A stretch of 64,000 nucleotides of DNA, from the NCBI GenBank assembly GCA_036505795.1, contig DASXSU010000049.1:3980-67979 (forward strand), given 5' to 3'. Position numbers and translations under genes: made by a program. The notes beneath the pieces were generated by a model. The model saw nothing but the letters and a program-made list of their open reading frames with translations. It ran no database searches and was not told the origin of the DNA. Source of the DNA: Nitrospirales bacterium. Its GTDB lineage: Bacteria; Nitrospirota; Nitrospiria; Nitrospirales; NS-4. Shown here piece after piece: positions 1 to 8,341 of the stretch; position 1 is the first letter of the stretch, and each line of letters opens with the position of its first letter.

Positions 1-447
1 CTCCTCTTTTTTGATATTGTGCGACTTTGGGTACGCTGTCTTAGTTTCAACGGAATCTTAAGGATGGCGTTCTTAACGGCCCGGTTCGGCTTGTTGTTCA
101 ATCTGACGCTTGTCAAAAACCCGTCAAGTACGCTTTCTGAACTTTGACACATACGCCTGCATCTTAATTCCCCTACCGTGTAAGCCCCCGAATTTGCTCC
201 CTTTGAATCCACCCCTGCGTTGGCATACCCATTGCTCATACCTAAGGTTGTAGTGCTAGGTCTTGCTTTGTCCACTCCGCGAATGACTGGAGGCATATAT
301 GAGTCAGATGGTAACCAGACCCACAAAAGATCGGGGCGGTGACATTCGCCAGGCCGATTCGGGACGGATCCTTGAGAGGCCTGTGGTGCGGCAAGAGGTC
401 TTTGGAAAATTGATGTGGAAGCCGGAACGCGCGCGCGAGCTTCATCA

Positions 448-726
448 ATGATAGACTTCCGCGATCCTGTACGTACAGGCTCCGCGGTGCTCGGGCTCGC
501 CTGTATGTTGATGACGGGTTGTGCGGCGGATTATGTCTATATCCAGGACGGCAAATCCGAGCGAGCGGTAAGACAGGACTATATTGGCTGCGCCGAGCAG
601 CAATTCAAGGGCTCAAACGATACGACTATGTGCATGGAGACAAGGGGGTATCGGACCCTCAAAATCGATGAGGCTTCGCGCGCGGCAGAGCACTCGTCCT
701 CCGGTCAGCATGCGTTTTTCCGGTAG
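448..726 (+). CDS. small predicted lipoprotein, unknown family
   Basis: Track ORF 415..726. ATG at 448 gives MIDF... with lipobox LMTG|C. Shares a GKS[ED]-x4-R-x-DY-x2-C ... CM-x2-RGY pattern with ORF 17862..18104. Confidence 0.5.
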   Translation: MIDFRDPVRTGSAVLGLACMLMTGCAADYVYIQDGKSERAVRQDYIGCAEQQFKGSNDTTMCMETRGYRTLKIDEASRAAEHSSSGQHAFFR

Positions 727-730
727 GGAA

Positions 731-767
731 GAAAGCCGACGGGCCACATAGGCCCCCGCCGGCTTTC
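731..767. terminator. nested GC-rich hairpin between convergent ORFs (possible bidirectional terminator)
   Basis: Outer stem GAAAGCCG (731-738) / CGGCTTTC (760-767) encloses GGGCC (741-745) / GGCCC (751-755). Lies between two convergent stop codons. No long T-run. Confidence 0.35.
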
Positions 768-785
768 CGGTTAGTTCACGGCAGG

Positions 786-1016
786 TTACTTTTTTTCCTT
801 CGTGGTCTCTGTCTTCTCTTCTTTTATCTCTCCGTTCTTTTTCTTCTTCTTTTTTGTTGTCTTTTTCACGGTCTTGGTGCCATCGGCCTTTGTCTCAGAC
901 TTCATCTCCGTCTTTGTCTCTTCTTTCTTCGTCTCGTCAGCATAGACGGAGCCTACAAAACTCACGGCGATCAAGACGGCGAAGATCGCTGTCAATAAAT
1001 TCTTCACTAAGATCAC
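786..1016 (-). CDS. small exported Lys/Glu/Thr-rich protein
   Basis: Signal-peptide-like N-terminus (LLTAIFAVLIAVSFVGSVYA|DE) followed by K/E/T low complexity including KKKKKK. AGGGAGG overlaps the track start, so GTG at 1007 is the more likely start. Confidence 0.45.
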   Translation of the reverse strand: MILVKNLLTAIFAVLIAVSFVGSVYADETKKEETKTEMKSETKADGTKTVKKTTKKKKKKNGEIKEEKTETTKEKK

Positions 1017-1151
1017 CTCCCTTCAAATGCCGTATATCGGTGCCATGACGCGACCATTGACAGATTCCATTAGCATGAGTATCCGGCGGGTGTCGGATGC
1101 GAAGCCTGGTAAATAAGCGGACGGCAGCCTTTAAACCAATAGGCATTAATC

Positions 1152-1628
1152 TCAAGGGGCTTCTTCATCGTTCTCCATGGGGCCGGCATCCGGCTGTACC
1201 ATCCGCAGCAATAGCAGAAGCCGCTCAGAGTCAACCGGCTTGATCAGATAGCAATTGGCATACAGCCCGAGCGTTTGATCGATATCGGCCCGTGCTTGCG
1301 AGGACGTGAGGATCGCCACCGGGATGGATCGTAGATCATGGTCGTTTTTAATTTCCGTGAGCAACTCGAGACCACTCTTTTTCGGCATGTTCAGATCAAG
1401 AAGGAGGATGTCAGGCCTCGGAATGCCGGCATAGAACCCTTCCTGGCGAAGGAAGTTCAATGCATCCTGGCCGTCCTTTGTGACGTGAAGACGGCAATGG
1501 ACACGGGCCTCCTTAAGCGCTTCTTGCAGCAACCGCACGTCGCCGGGATTATCCTCCACGAGCAAAATCTGAAGGACACCGGCGGCCTCACGGTTCATTG
1601 CAGTTGCTGGATCGTTTCGCTCTGACAA
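1152..1628 (-). CDS. single-domain response regulator (receiver only)
   Basis: ILLVEDNPGDV..., phospho-acceptor context ILLLDLNMPKKSG, conserved Lys in YLIKP. No output domain. Confidence 0.85.
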   Translation of the reverse strand: MSERNDPATAMNREAAGVLQILLVEDNPGDVRLLQEALKEARVHCRLHVTKDGQDALNFLRQEGFYAGIPRPDILLLDLNMPKKSGLELLTEIKNDHDLRSIPVAILTSSQARADIDQTLGLYANCYLIKPVDSERLLLLLRMVQPDAGPMENDEEAP

Positions 1629-1803
1629 AGTTCTATATTTCCGGGCAAATGGCGAGAGAGTATATCAAAATGATTAAGGGGATTCTATGGTCAGGCGAGC
1701 ATCTGATGTTTTCTCTCTTCAAGGAAAGAATTTGTCTGTTGTGAAGTCGTAGGAGGTAACGTAATGAGAAAGTATATTTTTCGGCAATGCTGGAGGTGGC
1801 CTT

Positions 1804-2142
1804 ATGCTAGAGATGATGTTAGCCGCACTCTTCCTCGTTGAGAACCCGGATTCCGGGCCCGACTGTTTTGTCAGCGGAGAGATTTACTCCTCACAGAAGG
1901 AAATCACCGCTACTCTCGCGCCGACAAACTGCCCAATCGACATACACCAGCAAGGACGCATGATCATCATGACCTCACCCAAATGGGTCGTTCAAGTCAT
2001 CATCCCCGAAGACATAGGGAAACAGGAGTTTGTCTATCAGTGGGGCCAAAGCGATGCGAGAATAGGCAACAGGAGTGTACAAGTCAGCTATAAGCCGGCC
2101 GGAGGGGCAAGTGCCGGCTCATCCGGTCGGCTGGGCAGTTAA
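1804..2142 (+). CDS. hypothetical protein
   Basis: ORF with GGAGG 8 nt upstream of the ATG. No recognisable motif. Confidence 0.35.
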   Translation: MLEMMLAALFLVENPDSGPDCFVSGEIYSSQKEITATLAPTNCPIDIHQQGRMIIMTSPKWVVQVIIPEDIGKQEFVYQWGQSDARIGNRSVQVSYKPAGGASAGSSGRLGS

Positions 2143-2286
2143 ATGGAGTCACACCCTTATGATTCCTCGCCCCGTCATGCACCGCAAGTAATTACAATAG
2201 ATAAAGTAAAATAAAGTCTTTTATGCGCGCGTAACTCAGCGACAAGAGAGGCAATACTTTTTCTGCTGGTTGAAGATCCACCATTA

Positions 2287-2310
2287 GAGAAAAAAGCTGA
2301 GAAAAAAGCG
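2287..2310. repeat. tandem 12-nt duplication GAGAAAAAAGC(T/G) x2
   Basis: Read directly from the sequence, in the AT-rich spacer about 100 nt upstream of the REC-cyclase gene. Confidence 0.8.
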
Positions 2311-2411
2311 GGGCCGTGATAGGCTTTTATCAATAGGCTAAATAAATTAGGGAAATTGTAGGCTCCGTCCTGTTCTTCTTCTCAGTCGGACTCCAACCTC
2401 CATCGTTTGAG

Positions 2412-3503
2412 GTGCCCTTGAAGATCCTGGTCGTGGACGATGAGGACGGAATTCGCACTTTGTGTTGTCAGGTGCTGAAGCACGCGGGATATGAGGTATC
2501 AACCTCGGCGAACGGAGAGGAAGCGCTTCAGCGGCTCCATGAAAACTGGGATATCATCCTCACCGACTTGAACATGCCAGGCCTGGTTGATGGTAACGAG
2601 CTGACCCGCCAGGCGCGCGCGAAAGTAAGCGCCGAGGTGCTCATCATGACCGGTTACCCGGACCTGGAAACGGCTATTCAGGCAATTAAAGGTGGGGCAT
2701 TTGATTATCTGATCAAACCTTTTACGGCAGATGCGCTGCTTATTGCCGTCCAGCGGTGTATCGATAAACGCGAACTCTGTCATGACCTCGCACGTGAGAA
2801 AGTTTTGCGCACGCAGCTCAACACGGCTTACGTTGAACTCGCCAAAATGGAGCGGGTGCGAGAGACATTCGGTCAGTTCGTCACGCCAGAAGTCGTCGAC
2901 TTCGTCATGGACTACGGCCATGATATTTGCCAGCATGGGGAACGAAAGATAGTGACGATCCTATTCGCGGATGTGAGGCGCTTCACATGGTTTACTGCGC
3001 ATGTGTCGCCGGAAGAAGTGATGACGGGGCTCAATGAAGTCTTCGAGTGCGTGATCGACGCCGTGCAACATGAGGGGGGCATCCTGAATAAGTTTATCGG
3101 TGACGGTTTGATGGCGCTGTTCGGGGCGCCGGTCCCGAACCCCGACCATGTCGCTATGGCAATGCGGGCCGCCCTCCGCGCGCGGGATGCCACAGAAAAT
3201 TTGGCAAATGCGCGGCGTGCCCGTGGCTTAGACCCACTGCGAATCGGGATCGGCATCAATACAGGCGAGGTCGTCGCGGGCTGCGTCGGAACTAAGAAAC
3301 GTACGGAGTACAGCGTCTTCGGACATGCGGTAAACCTGGCGGCGCGTCTAGAAGAGGTTGCTGCGCCGGGACAGATTTTGATGGGTCCTGAGACCGGACG
3401 GATGCTGGCCGGACAAGTTATTGCTCGTGAAGTTGGACACCTTGCCTTGCCGGGTATTGATGAGCCGACGCCGGTCATCGAGCTGGTGAAACCAACCGAA
3501 TAG
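2412..3503 (+). CDS. response-regulator receiver fused to a class III adenylate/guanylate cyclase domain
   Basis: N-terminus KILVVDDEDGIR...ILTDLNMPG...LIKP (REC). C-terminus FADVRRFT, KFIGDGLMALFGAP, GINTGEVVAG, EYSVFGHAVNLAARLE (class III cyclase metal-binding Asp, Asn and Arg motifs). Confidence 0.9.
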   Translation: MPLKILVVDDEDGIRTLCCQVLKHAGYEVSTSANGEEALQRLHENWDIILTDLNMPGLVDGNELTRQARAKVSAEVLIMTGYPDLETAIQAIKGGAFDYLIKPFTADALLIAVQRCIDKRELCHDLAREKVLRTQLNTAYVELAKMERVRETFGQFVTPEVVDFVMDYGHDICQHGERKIVTILFADVRRFTWFTAHVSPEEVMTGLNEVFECVIDAVQHEGGILNKFIGDGLMALFGAPVPNPDHVAMAMRAALRARDATENLANARRARGLDPLRIGIGINTGEVVAGCVGTKKRTEYSVFGHAVNLAARLEEVAAPGQILMGPETGRMLAGQVIAREVGHLALPGIDEPTPVIELVKPTE

Positions 3504-3521
3504 CCGAACGAAATTCTTGCC

Positions 3522-3752
3522 TTAGTCCGAGGCGCTTGTGCGGCGTGGCGCTTGAGTTTTTTCTATCTTGTGATAGTACCGCCAGAGATATCCGTGATAA
3601 TCGTCCAGTGTAGCGAGCAGGTAATGCAGCTCCACGGCGTCATTACCCTCAAGCGCGCCGACTAAGCGCGTGGACAGAAAATCGGCCAGAGCGCGGGTTT
3701 TCTCCACGGCCGTCAGTTGCTTCAAAGGTCCTCCGATTTTGTAGTCGCTCAT
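3522..3752 (-). CDS. hypothetical protein
   Basis: 76-aa ORF directly downstream of, and co-oriented with, membrane ORF 3781..4068. No motif recognised. Confidence 0.4.
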   Translation of the reverse strand: MSDYKIGGPLKQLTAVEKTRALADFLSTRLVGALEGNDAVELHYLLATLDDYHGYLWRYYHKIEKTQAPRRTSASD

Positions 3753-3780
3753 GCAAGCTCCTCTTCTCAGCCTGTATTGA

Positions 3781-4068
3781 TTACTTTCGCCGTTGGAGAA
3801 CCAGGATAAATACCATCAAGGTGGGAAGCGGCGCGAACACAAACGGCAGAACCCAGGGGAAGAGATTCACCCCCCGTAGACGGGCTTGATCAAACATCCA
3901 GACAAAGACCCACACGGCGAGGAGAACATAATTCACCAGGAGATATTGGATCATGTGGGCGGGGATAGTGCTCGTCCCTTGAGACGACGTCTGAAAGATT
4001 AAAAAGACCTCGAAGAGGACGAACAGAACCAGTGCGGCACGCGCGAACCGTTTGCTCCAGACAAACAT
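3781..4068 (-). CDS. small integral membrane protein (about 3 TM)
   Basis: Three hydrophobic stretches (ALVLFVLFEVFLIF, LLVNYVLLAVWVFVWMF, LPFVFAPLPTLMVFILVL). Confidence 0.5.
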   Translation of the reverse strand: MFVWSKRFARAALVLFVLFEVFLIFQTSSQGTSTIPAHMIQYLLVNYVLLAVWVFVWMFDQARLRGVNLFPWVLPFVFAPLPTLMVFILVLQRRK

Positions 4069-4166
4069 ATCGGTCTTCTCCCCGGTGTGGGTTACCTTGC
4101 TAAAGCTATGCTAAGATACCTTCGCTTTTTCGTAAAGTCTTTATTGCAACTTGAGGAGCGGGTGCT

Positions 4167-5120
4167 ATGCGAACGAGATGGTTCTCGGCAATACTGGCGA
4201 ATTTCGTCATTGTCGCAGCGGCCTACGCGGAATCGCCCAGCATCCAAATTACGGCTCCCGCAAAGAACGCGGCGTTCAAACCGGGGACCTCCATCAAGAT
4301 AGAGATAAGTATTCCGCCGGGCCTGCCTGTTGCAAAGGTGACCTATACCTTATTGGAGGAGGATCGGGCGCTGGAGGATAAAGTCGAACCCCCTCCGTCC
4401 AGCACCTCGGAGGTAGCACCCTTCGAGGCGGAACTGCCGATCCCGCAAGACGCGGTAGGGCCTTATCGCCTCCTTGCAGTCGCCCAGGTCAGGGAACGAC
4501 GTGGATTTTACGTTCTGTTTGATGAAACGTCGTTAAGCATAGTGCCGGACGTGCCGCTACAGGCGCTTCGATCTGAATCGCCGGTCCGGTTTACTAAGAC
4601 CATCGGCGAGGTGCAAATACTCGCAATCCGTGGCCTCTATGCGGATCGCGTAGTCCGGGATCTCACATCGTCCGCCACAGGCACATCGTACCGGTCGAGC
4701 GATCCCTCGATCGTCAGGGTAAATGCGGACGGACGCGCGCAAGCGCTCGGGGAAGGGACAGCGGAGATTACTGCGCGAAATCAAGGCAAGGAAGACAGGA
4801 TTCGAGCCATCGTAGCGGTGCGGAATACTGAGAATCGGCCGCCGGTCGCCCATGCCGGGCCGGATCAAACTGTGAAGCAAGGGTCCCGGGTACGATTGGA
4901 CGCCATCGAGAGCGCCGACCCCGAGGGCGAGAATCCTTTCTATTATTGGTCCCAGGTCAACGGACTGCCCGTGGACCTGGTCGAACCTCTAAGCCTGCGT
5001 CCGTACTTTACCGCGCCGGTCGTATTGCGTCCCCATGTATTGAGGTTCCGCTTGATAGTGAAGGACAAGGAAGAGGCAGAGAGCTTTCCCGCCTATGTGA
5101 ACGTGACGGTCGTGCCCTAG
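4167..5120 (+). CDS. exported protein with bacterial Ig-like (Big_2-type) and PKD-like modules
   Basis: Signal peptide MRTRWFSAILANFVIVAAAYA|E and GAGGAG RBS. YRSSDPSIVRVNADGRAQALGEGTAEITA is Big_2-like. PPVAHAGPDQTVKQGSRVRLDA..SADPEG is typical of PKD-like repeats. Confidence 0.6.
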   Translation: MRTRWFSAILANFVIVAAAYAESPSIQITAPAKNAAFKPGTSIKIEISIPPGLPVAKVTYTLLEEDRALEDKVEPPPSSTSEVAPFEAELPIPQDAVGPYRLLAVAQVRERRGFYVLFDETSLSIVPDVPLQALRSESPVRFTKTIGEVQILAIRGLYADRVVRDLTSSATGTSYRSSDPSIVRVNADGRAQALGEGTAEITARNQGKEDRIRAIVAVRNTENRPPVAHAGPDQTVKQGSRVRLDAIESADPEGENPFYYWSQVNGLPVDLVEPLSLRPYFTAPVVLRPHVLRFRLIVKDKEEAESFPAYVNVTVVP

Positions 5121-5137
5121 AGCCATTTCACCCTACC

Positions 5138-5243
5138 TCACCCGCCCACCCCAAGCGCGCCAAGACGCGTCCCTTCCCGACGGCCTGCCGGGACAGGCTC
5201 TTTTCCCGAGCGACGCGCCCCTTCCGAAGTCACCCGCCCACCC
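5138..5243. repeat. exact 14-nt direct repeat TCACCCGCCCACCC (5138..5151 and 5230..5243)
   Basis: Read directly. The second copy covers the stop codon and last four codons (RVGG*) of minus-strand gene 5230..6270. The spacer also repeats GACGCG(T/C)CCCTTCC. Confidence 0.8.
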
Positions 5244-6270
5244 TGGAGTCTGCCGGGACAGATTCATTTCCCCCTGTGACCGCGCCTTTACCCTCGCACG
5301 ATCCCGGCATGACGTAGAGAAGATAATTCCCCATGCCGTGAAGATCTACGCTCTCCTGGCGGTTCAGATGGTAGACCATGGTCATCTCGTAATCGTCTTT
5401 GGTACTGACTGGAAAGCCTTGTGTGCTGCTATAGATCTGGTGCGGAAGGAACCCGCGCAGATTACCGGTGATATCGACGTCCGGCACACTCCGCAAGAGC
5501 GTCTCATTCGTCGTTTTATTATCGAGCGCAATGAGGAGCAGCCCATCGTGACCGTGGGGATACGCGTACTTTACGCATCCGTCGATCGTGAATTTCAGGG
5601 GCTTGGTATCGACCTGCACGAGCCCTACCGTCAACGCGCGCCCTTCATCCGACTCATTGGCAGGCCTTTTGCTGAATTGACTGTAACAGACGACATTCAC
5701 CCCTACGGTATAGGCTTTCACGGTCTTCATAGGCGCTCCGTCCGGAGCCAGATCCATCGTAAAGGTGGCCATGACGTCTTTGGTCGGAGGGACCTTGTGA
5801 TAGAACGCGACGACGGCAATGAGCTTGCTGTCTTTTTTTATAGGCACGCCATACCCGGGGGGGAATTTCGCATCAGTGACCTCTATGCCGGCGCCCGCAA
5901 AATACGTGGGCTCACCTGGGCATGAGAGGCTCTTTTCTTCCAGGTTCTGCAACAGAATATGGTGCAGGTATTGTCCCGGCAGCTCTCTTCCGTCTATTGT
6001 AAAAATCCGGGATTTAAATCCGGTGACGACCATGTCTTTGGGAGCCTTGAAAAAGTGTAAAGGTAAACTGGATGCAAGTTCACCGCTGTGCCCGGCCGGC
6101 AGATCGATCGGCCCGAAGGTTAGCGTAAGGGTATTGCCCTCGAGTGTGACCTTCGTTGCGCCTTTGCTTACAGATGCCGGCGCGCCATGGCCGGAGTGAT
6201 TGCCGCTGTCGGCGAACGCCGCCGGCGCGACCCAAAAACCCGCGAATAACAAAACAAGGATCCGTCGCAT
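5230..6270 (-). CDS. exported protein with PHM/DBH-like (type II copper monooxygenase) ligand motifs
   Basis: GGAGG lies 5 nt upstream of the ATG at 6270 (the track start at 6282 is less likely). Signal peptide MRRILVLLFAGFWVAPAAFA|D. Ordered motifs YLHHILL, AFYHK, YPHGHDG and HGMGNYLLYV resemble the CuH (H,H,H) and CuM (HxH,M) blocks of peptidylglycine alpha-hydroxylating monooxygenase. Confidence 0.55.
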   Translation of the reverse strand: MRRILVLLFAGFWVAPAAFADSGNHSGHGAPASVSKGATKVTLEGNTLTLTFGPIDLPAGHSGELASSLPLHFFKAPKDMVVTGFKSRIFTIDGRELPGQYLHHILLQNLEEKSLSCPGEPTYFAGAGIEVTDAKFPPGYGVPIKKDSKLIAVVAFYHKVPPTKDVMATFTMDLAPDGAPMKTVKAYTVGVNVVCYSQFSKRPANESDEGRALTVGLVQVDTKPLKFTIDGCVKYAYPHGHDGLLLIALDNKTTNETLLRSVPDVDITGNLRGFLPHQIYSSTQGFPVSTKDDYEMTMVYHLNRQESVDLHGMGNYLLYVMPGSCEGKGAVTGGNESVPADSRVGG

Positions 6271-6335
6271 AGAAACCTCCAATGGGGTAGTCGACCCAAC
6301 TATGCACCATACAATACGCTTTTAGGTGTGTCCCA

Positions 6336-7223
6336 TCAACCTTTAGTAGGGTTCGTAGCTCCAGTGGGGAGCGCGGTGATCGGGCGGGCTTGAAGCAGGA
6401 AAATTCTTCCACTCTTGACCGCCCATTCAATATCGATCGGGCGCTGATATTCGCGTTCGACATCTAGAACGAGCGTCACAAGCGCCTGCAGTCGCTCCTC
6501 GGTAAGACTGACACTGTCACCGCGGCGATTAAGAATTTTTCTCGTGCGCTTGTCTATCACGAAATGATCGGGAGACACTCGCCCCTCAACGACTGCGGTC
6601 CCGAGCCCCAAACTCGACTCGACGACAACTTGAGTCATGTCCCCTGCGACCGGATTGGCGGAAAACGCGACCCCTGAGACATCACTTGCGACCTGCTCTT
6701 GAATGATAACAGCGAGACGTGGTCGGGTCGGGTCAATCCCGCGATGTATTTTATAGAGCACGGTCCGATGATCAAGGCTCGAGGCAATTATAGCCGGAAG
6801 ATTTGCGGGAACCCTGTCTGCATTCACTCCGAGGACGGTCCTATATGCGCCGGCGAAGGAGGCGCTTTCCATGTCCTCTTCAGTAGATGATGAGCGCACT
6901 GCGAAGACGGAGTCCGTTTGCCAGTGCCCCAATTCCTCTGCCAACAGCTGATGCTGATCGGCGCTTAAGCAACGCTTCTCGATTATCCCTTGAAGACGTG
7001 AGCAGGTGACTGCAAGGGTTGCTGGCTCAGCGACAACAAAATCGTCCCATTCCCGGGCGGTGCGAAGATCTGCTAGCCATGGTTGAAAAAAAGATGTGGT
7101 AAGGATGAAGCCGGGGGGAACCGGATGGCCCGCCTGAAACAGCCGCATCAAGGAGGCTGCCTTGCCGCCGACCTCCTCGACTCCGGGGATAGGATAATCG
7201 CTAAACCGGTATGAAAGCTTCAT
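6336..7223 (-). CDS. stand-alone PEP/pyruvate-binding (PPDK_N, ATP-grasp-like) domain protein
   Basis: VGGKAASLMRL, PPGFILTT, AVRSSSTEEDMESASFAGAY, VAFSANP and IDIEWAV..GRIFLLQARPIT match the N-terminal nucleotide-binding domain of PEP synthase/PPDK-type enzymes. The ORF ends there, with no swivel-His or TIM-barrel domain. Confidence 0.8.
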   Translation of the reverse strand: MKLSYRFSDYPIPGVEEVGGKAASLMRLFQAGHPVPPGFILTTSFFQPWLADLRTAREWDDFVVAEPATLAVTCSRLQGIIEKRCLSADQHQLLAEELGHWQTDSVFAVRSSSTEEDMESASFAGAYRTVLGVNADRVPANLPAIIASSLDHRTVLYKIHRGIDPTRPRLAVIIQEQVASDVSGVAFSANPVAGDMTQVVVESSLGLGTAVVEGRVSPDHFVIDKRTRKILNRRGDSVSLTEERLQALVTLVLDVEREYQRPIDIEWAVKSGRIFLLQARPITALPTGATNPTKG

Positions 7224-7280
7224 CCGGCCTACCGCTTTAGCTCCAATGGTTGACCGATTAGAATCGCCGCACTAGGGAGT

Positions 7281-7310
7281 AACAAAGGGGGACAGTCATT
7301 ACTGCCCCCC
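7281..7310 (-). terminator. rho-independent terminator after htpX
   Basis: The minus-strand transcript reads GGGGGGCAGT-AATG-ACTGTCCCCC followed by TTTGTT, about 25 nt after the htpX stop. Confidence 0.5.
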
Positions 7311-7334
7311 TTTGAAGATCGAACTTTTGTGGAT

Positions 7335-8228
7335 TTAGGCGAAGCGCTGCAGCGCCGCGATTCGCTCTTCAATCGGCGGATGCGTGGCAAATAGCTGCAT
7401 CCAGCCGCCGGTGTCGCCGGAGATCTTCATGGTCGCGAGGGGATCGGCAAATGCATTTTGCGCCTCCGCCTGTTCGGCGAAGCGGCTGATGCCCTGTAGC
7501 GCCGAAATCATCGGAGCAGGTCCATAGGCTTTTGCCGAGAACCGGTCCGCTTCAAACTCCCGCCGCCGGGAATACCAGTTCACCACGATCATCGCGAGTA
7601 TGCCAAGGGCGATCTGCAGAACGATGGAGACGATAAAACCCAGGCCCGCCTGGTCGCGCTCCTCGAAGAGTCGGCGGACCCACAGCGCAATGAAGTACAC
7701 GAACGTGTTCATCAGACCCATCAGCACTGTGATGGTGAACATGTCGCCGTTCCAGACATGCCCCATCTCATGGGCGAGGACCGCGCGTATTTGCGCTTCG
7801 TTCATGTTCTCCAGCAGCCCCGTCGAGACCGCGACCATCGCGTTATTCTTCGTGGGCCCCGTCGCAAACGCATTCGGATCGGGGGCCTGAAAGATCCATA
7901 CCTCGGGCATTTGAACATGAAGCCGCTGAGCAAGTTCCTGAACGGTACGAAACACGATCTCCTCTTGCCGTGTCCGTGGTTCCGTTACCTGGTAGCAGTC
8001 CAGCATCGCCCTGGCCATCTGCTTTGAGAAGAGCAGTGAGATGAAGGCCCCCCCGAAACCGAGAACCAGGGCATAGACCATTATCGACGCATTGATTGAA
8101 CCACGCAGGTCGATCCCGAAGGCCGGCAATATCACGTTCGCCAGCACCTGGAATACGATGTATAACGTGATGGAGATCAACAGGTTGGAGAGAATCAGCA
8201 ACCCTATCCCCTTGAACTTCTTAAGCAT
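7335..8228 (-). CDS. htpX: M48-family membrane zinc protease HtpX
   Basis: HEMGHVWNGD zinc motif, multiple TM segments, C-terminal THPPIEERI. Confidence 0.9.
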   Translation of the reverse strand: MLKKFKGIGLLILSNLLISITLYIVFQVLANVILPAFGIDLRGSINASIMVYALVLGFGGAFISLLFSKQMARAMLDCYQVTEPRTRQEEIVFRTVQELAQRLHVQMPEVWIFQAPDPNAFATGPTKNNAMVAVSTGLLENMNEAQIRAVLAHEMGHVWNGDMFTITVLMGLMNTFVYFIALWVRRLFEERDQAGLGFIVSIVLQIALGILAMIVVNWYSRRREFEADRFSAKAYGPAPMISALQGISRFAEQAEAQNAFADPLATMKISGDTGGWMQLFATHPPIEERIAALQRFA

Positions 8229-8341
8229 CTATATTTTCCTTCCTTACGGGCGACGGGAGGTAGGGGCCGCTCCGACACACCTCTCCCGCCACAGTAACGT
8301 ATTGTTAACACTGAATTGGTGAGAGTCAAGCCTGTTTCAGC

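Noticed and set aside
1764-1841. A 25-codon ORF with a strong AGGAGG RBS (MRKYIFRQCWRWPYARDDVSRTLPR), considered as a possible leader or micro-protein upstream of ORF 1804..2142.
   Set aside because: It is very short and out of frame with, and overlapping, the next ORF. Nothing supports it beyond the RBS.
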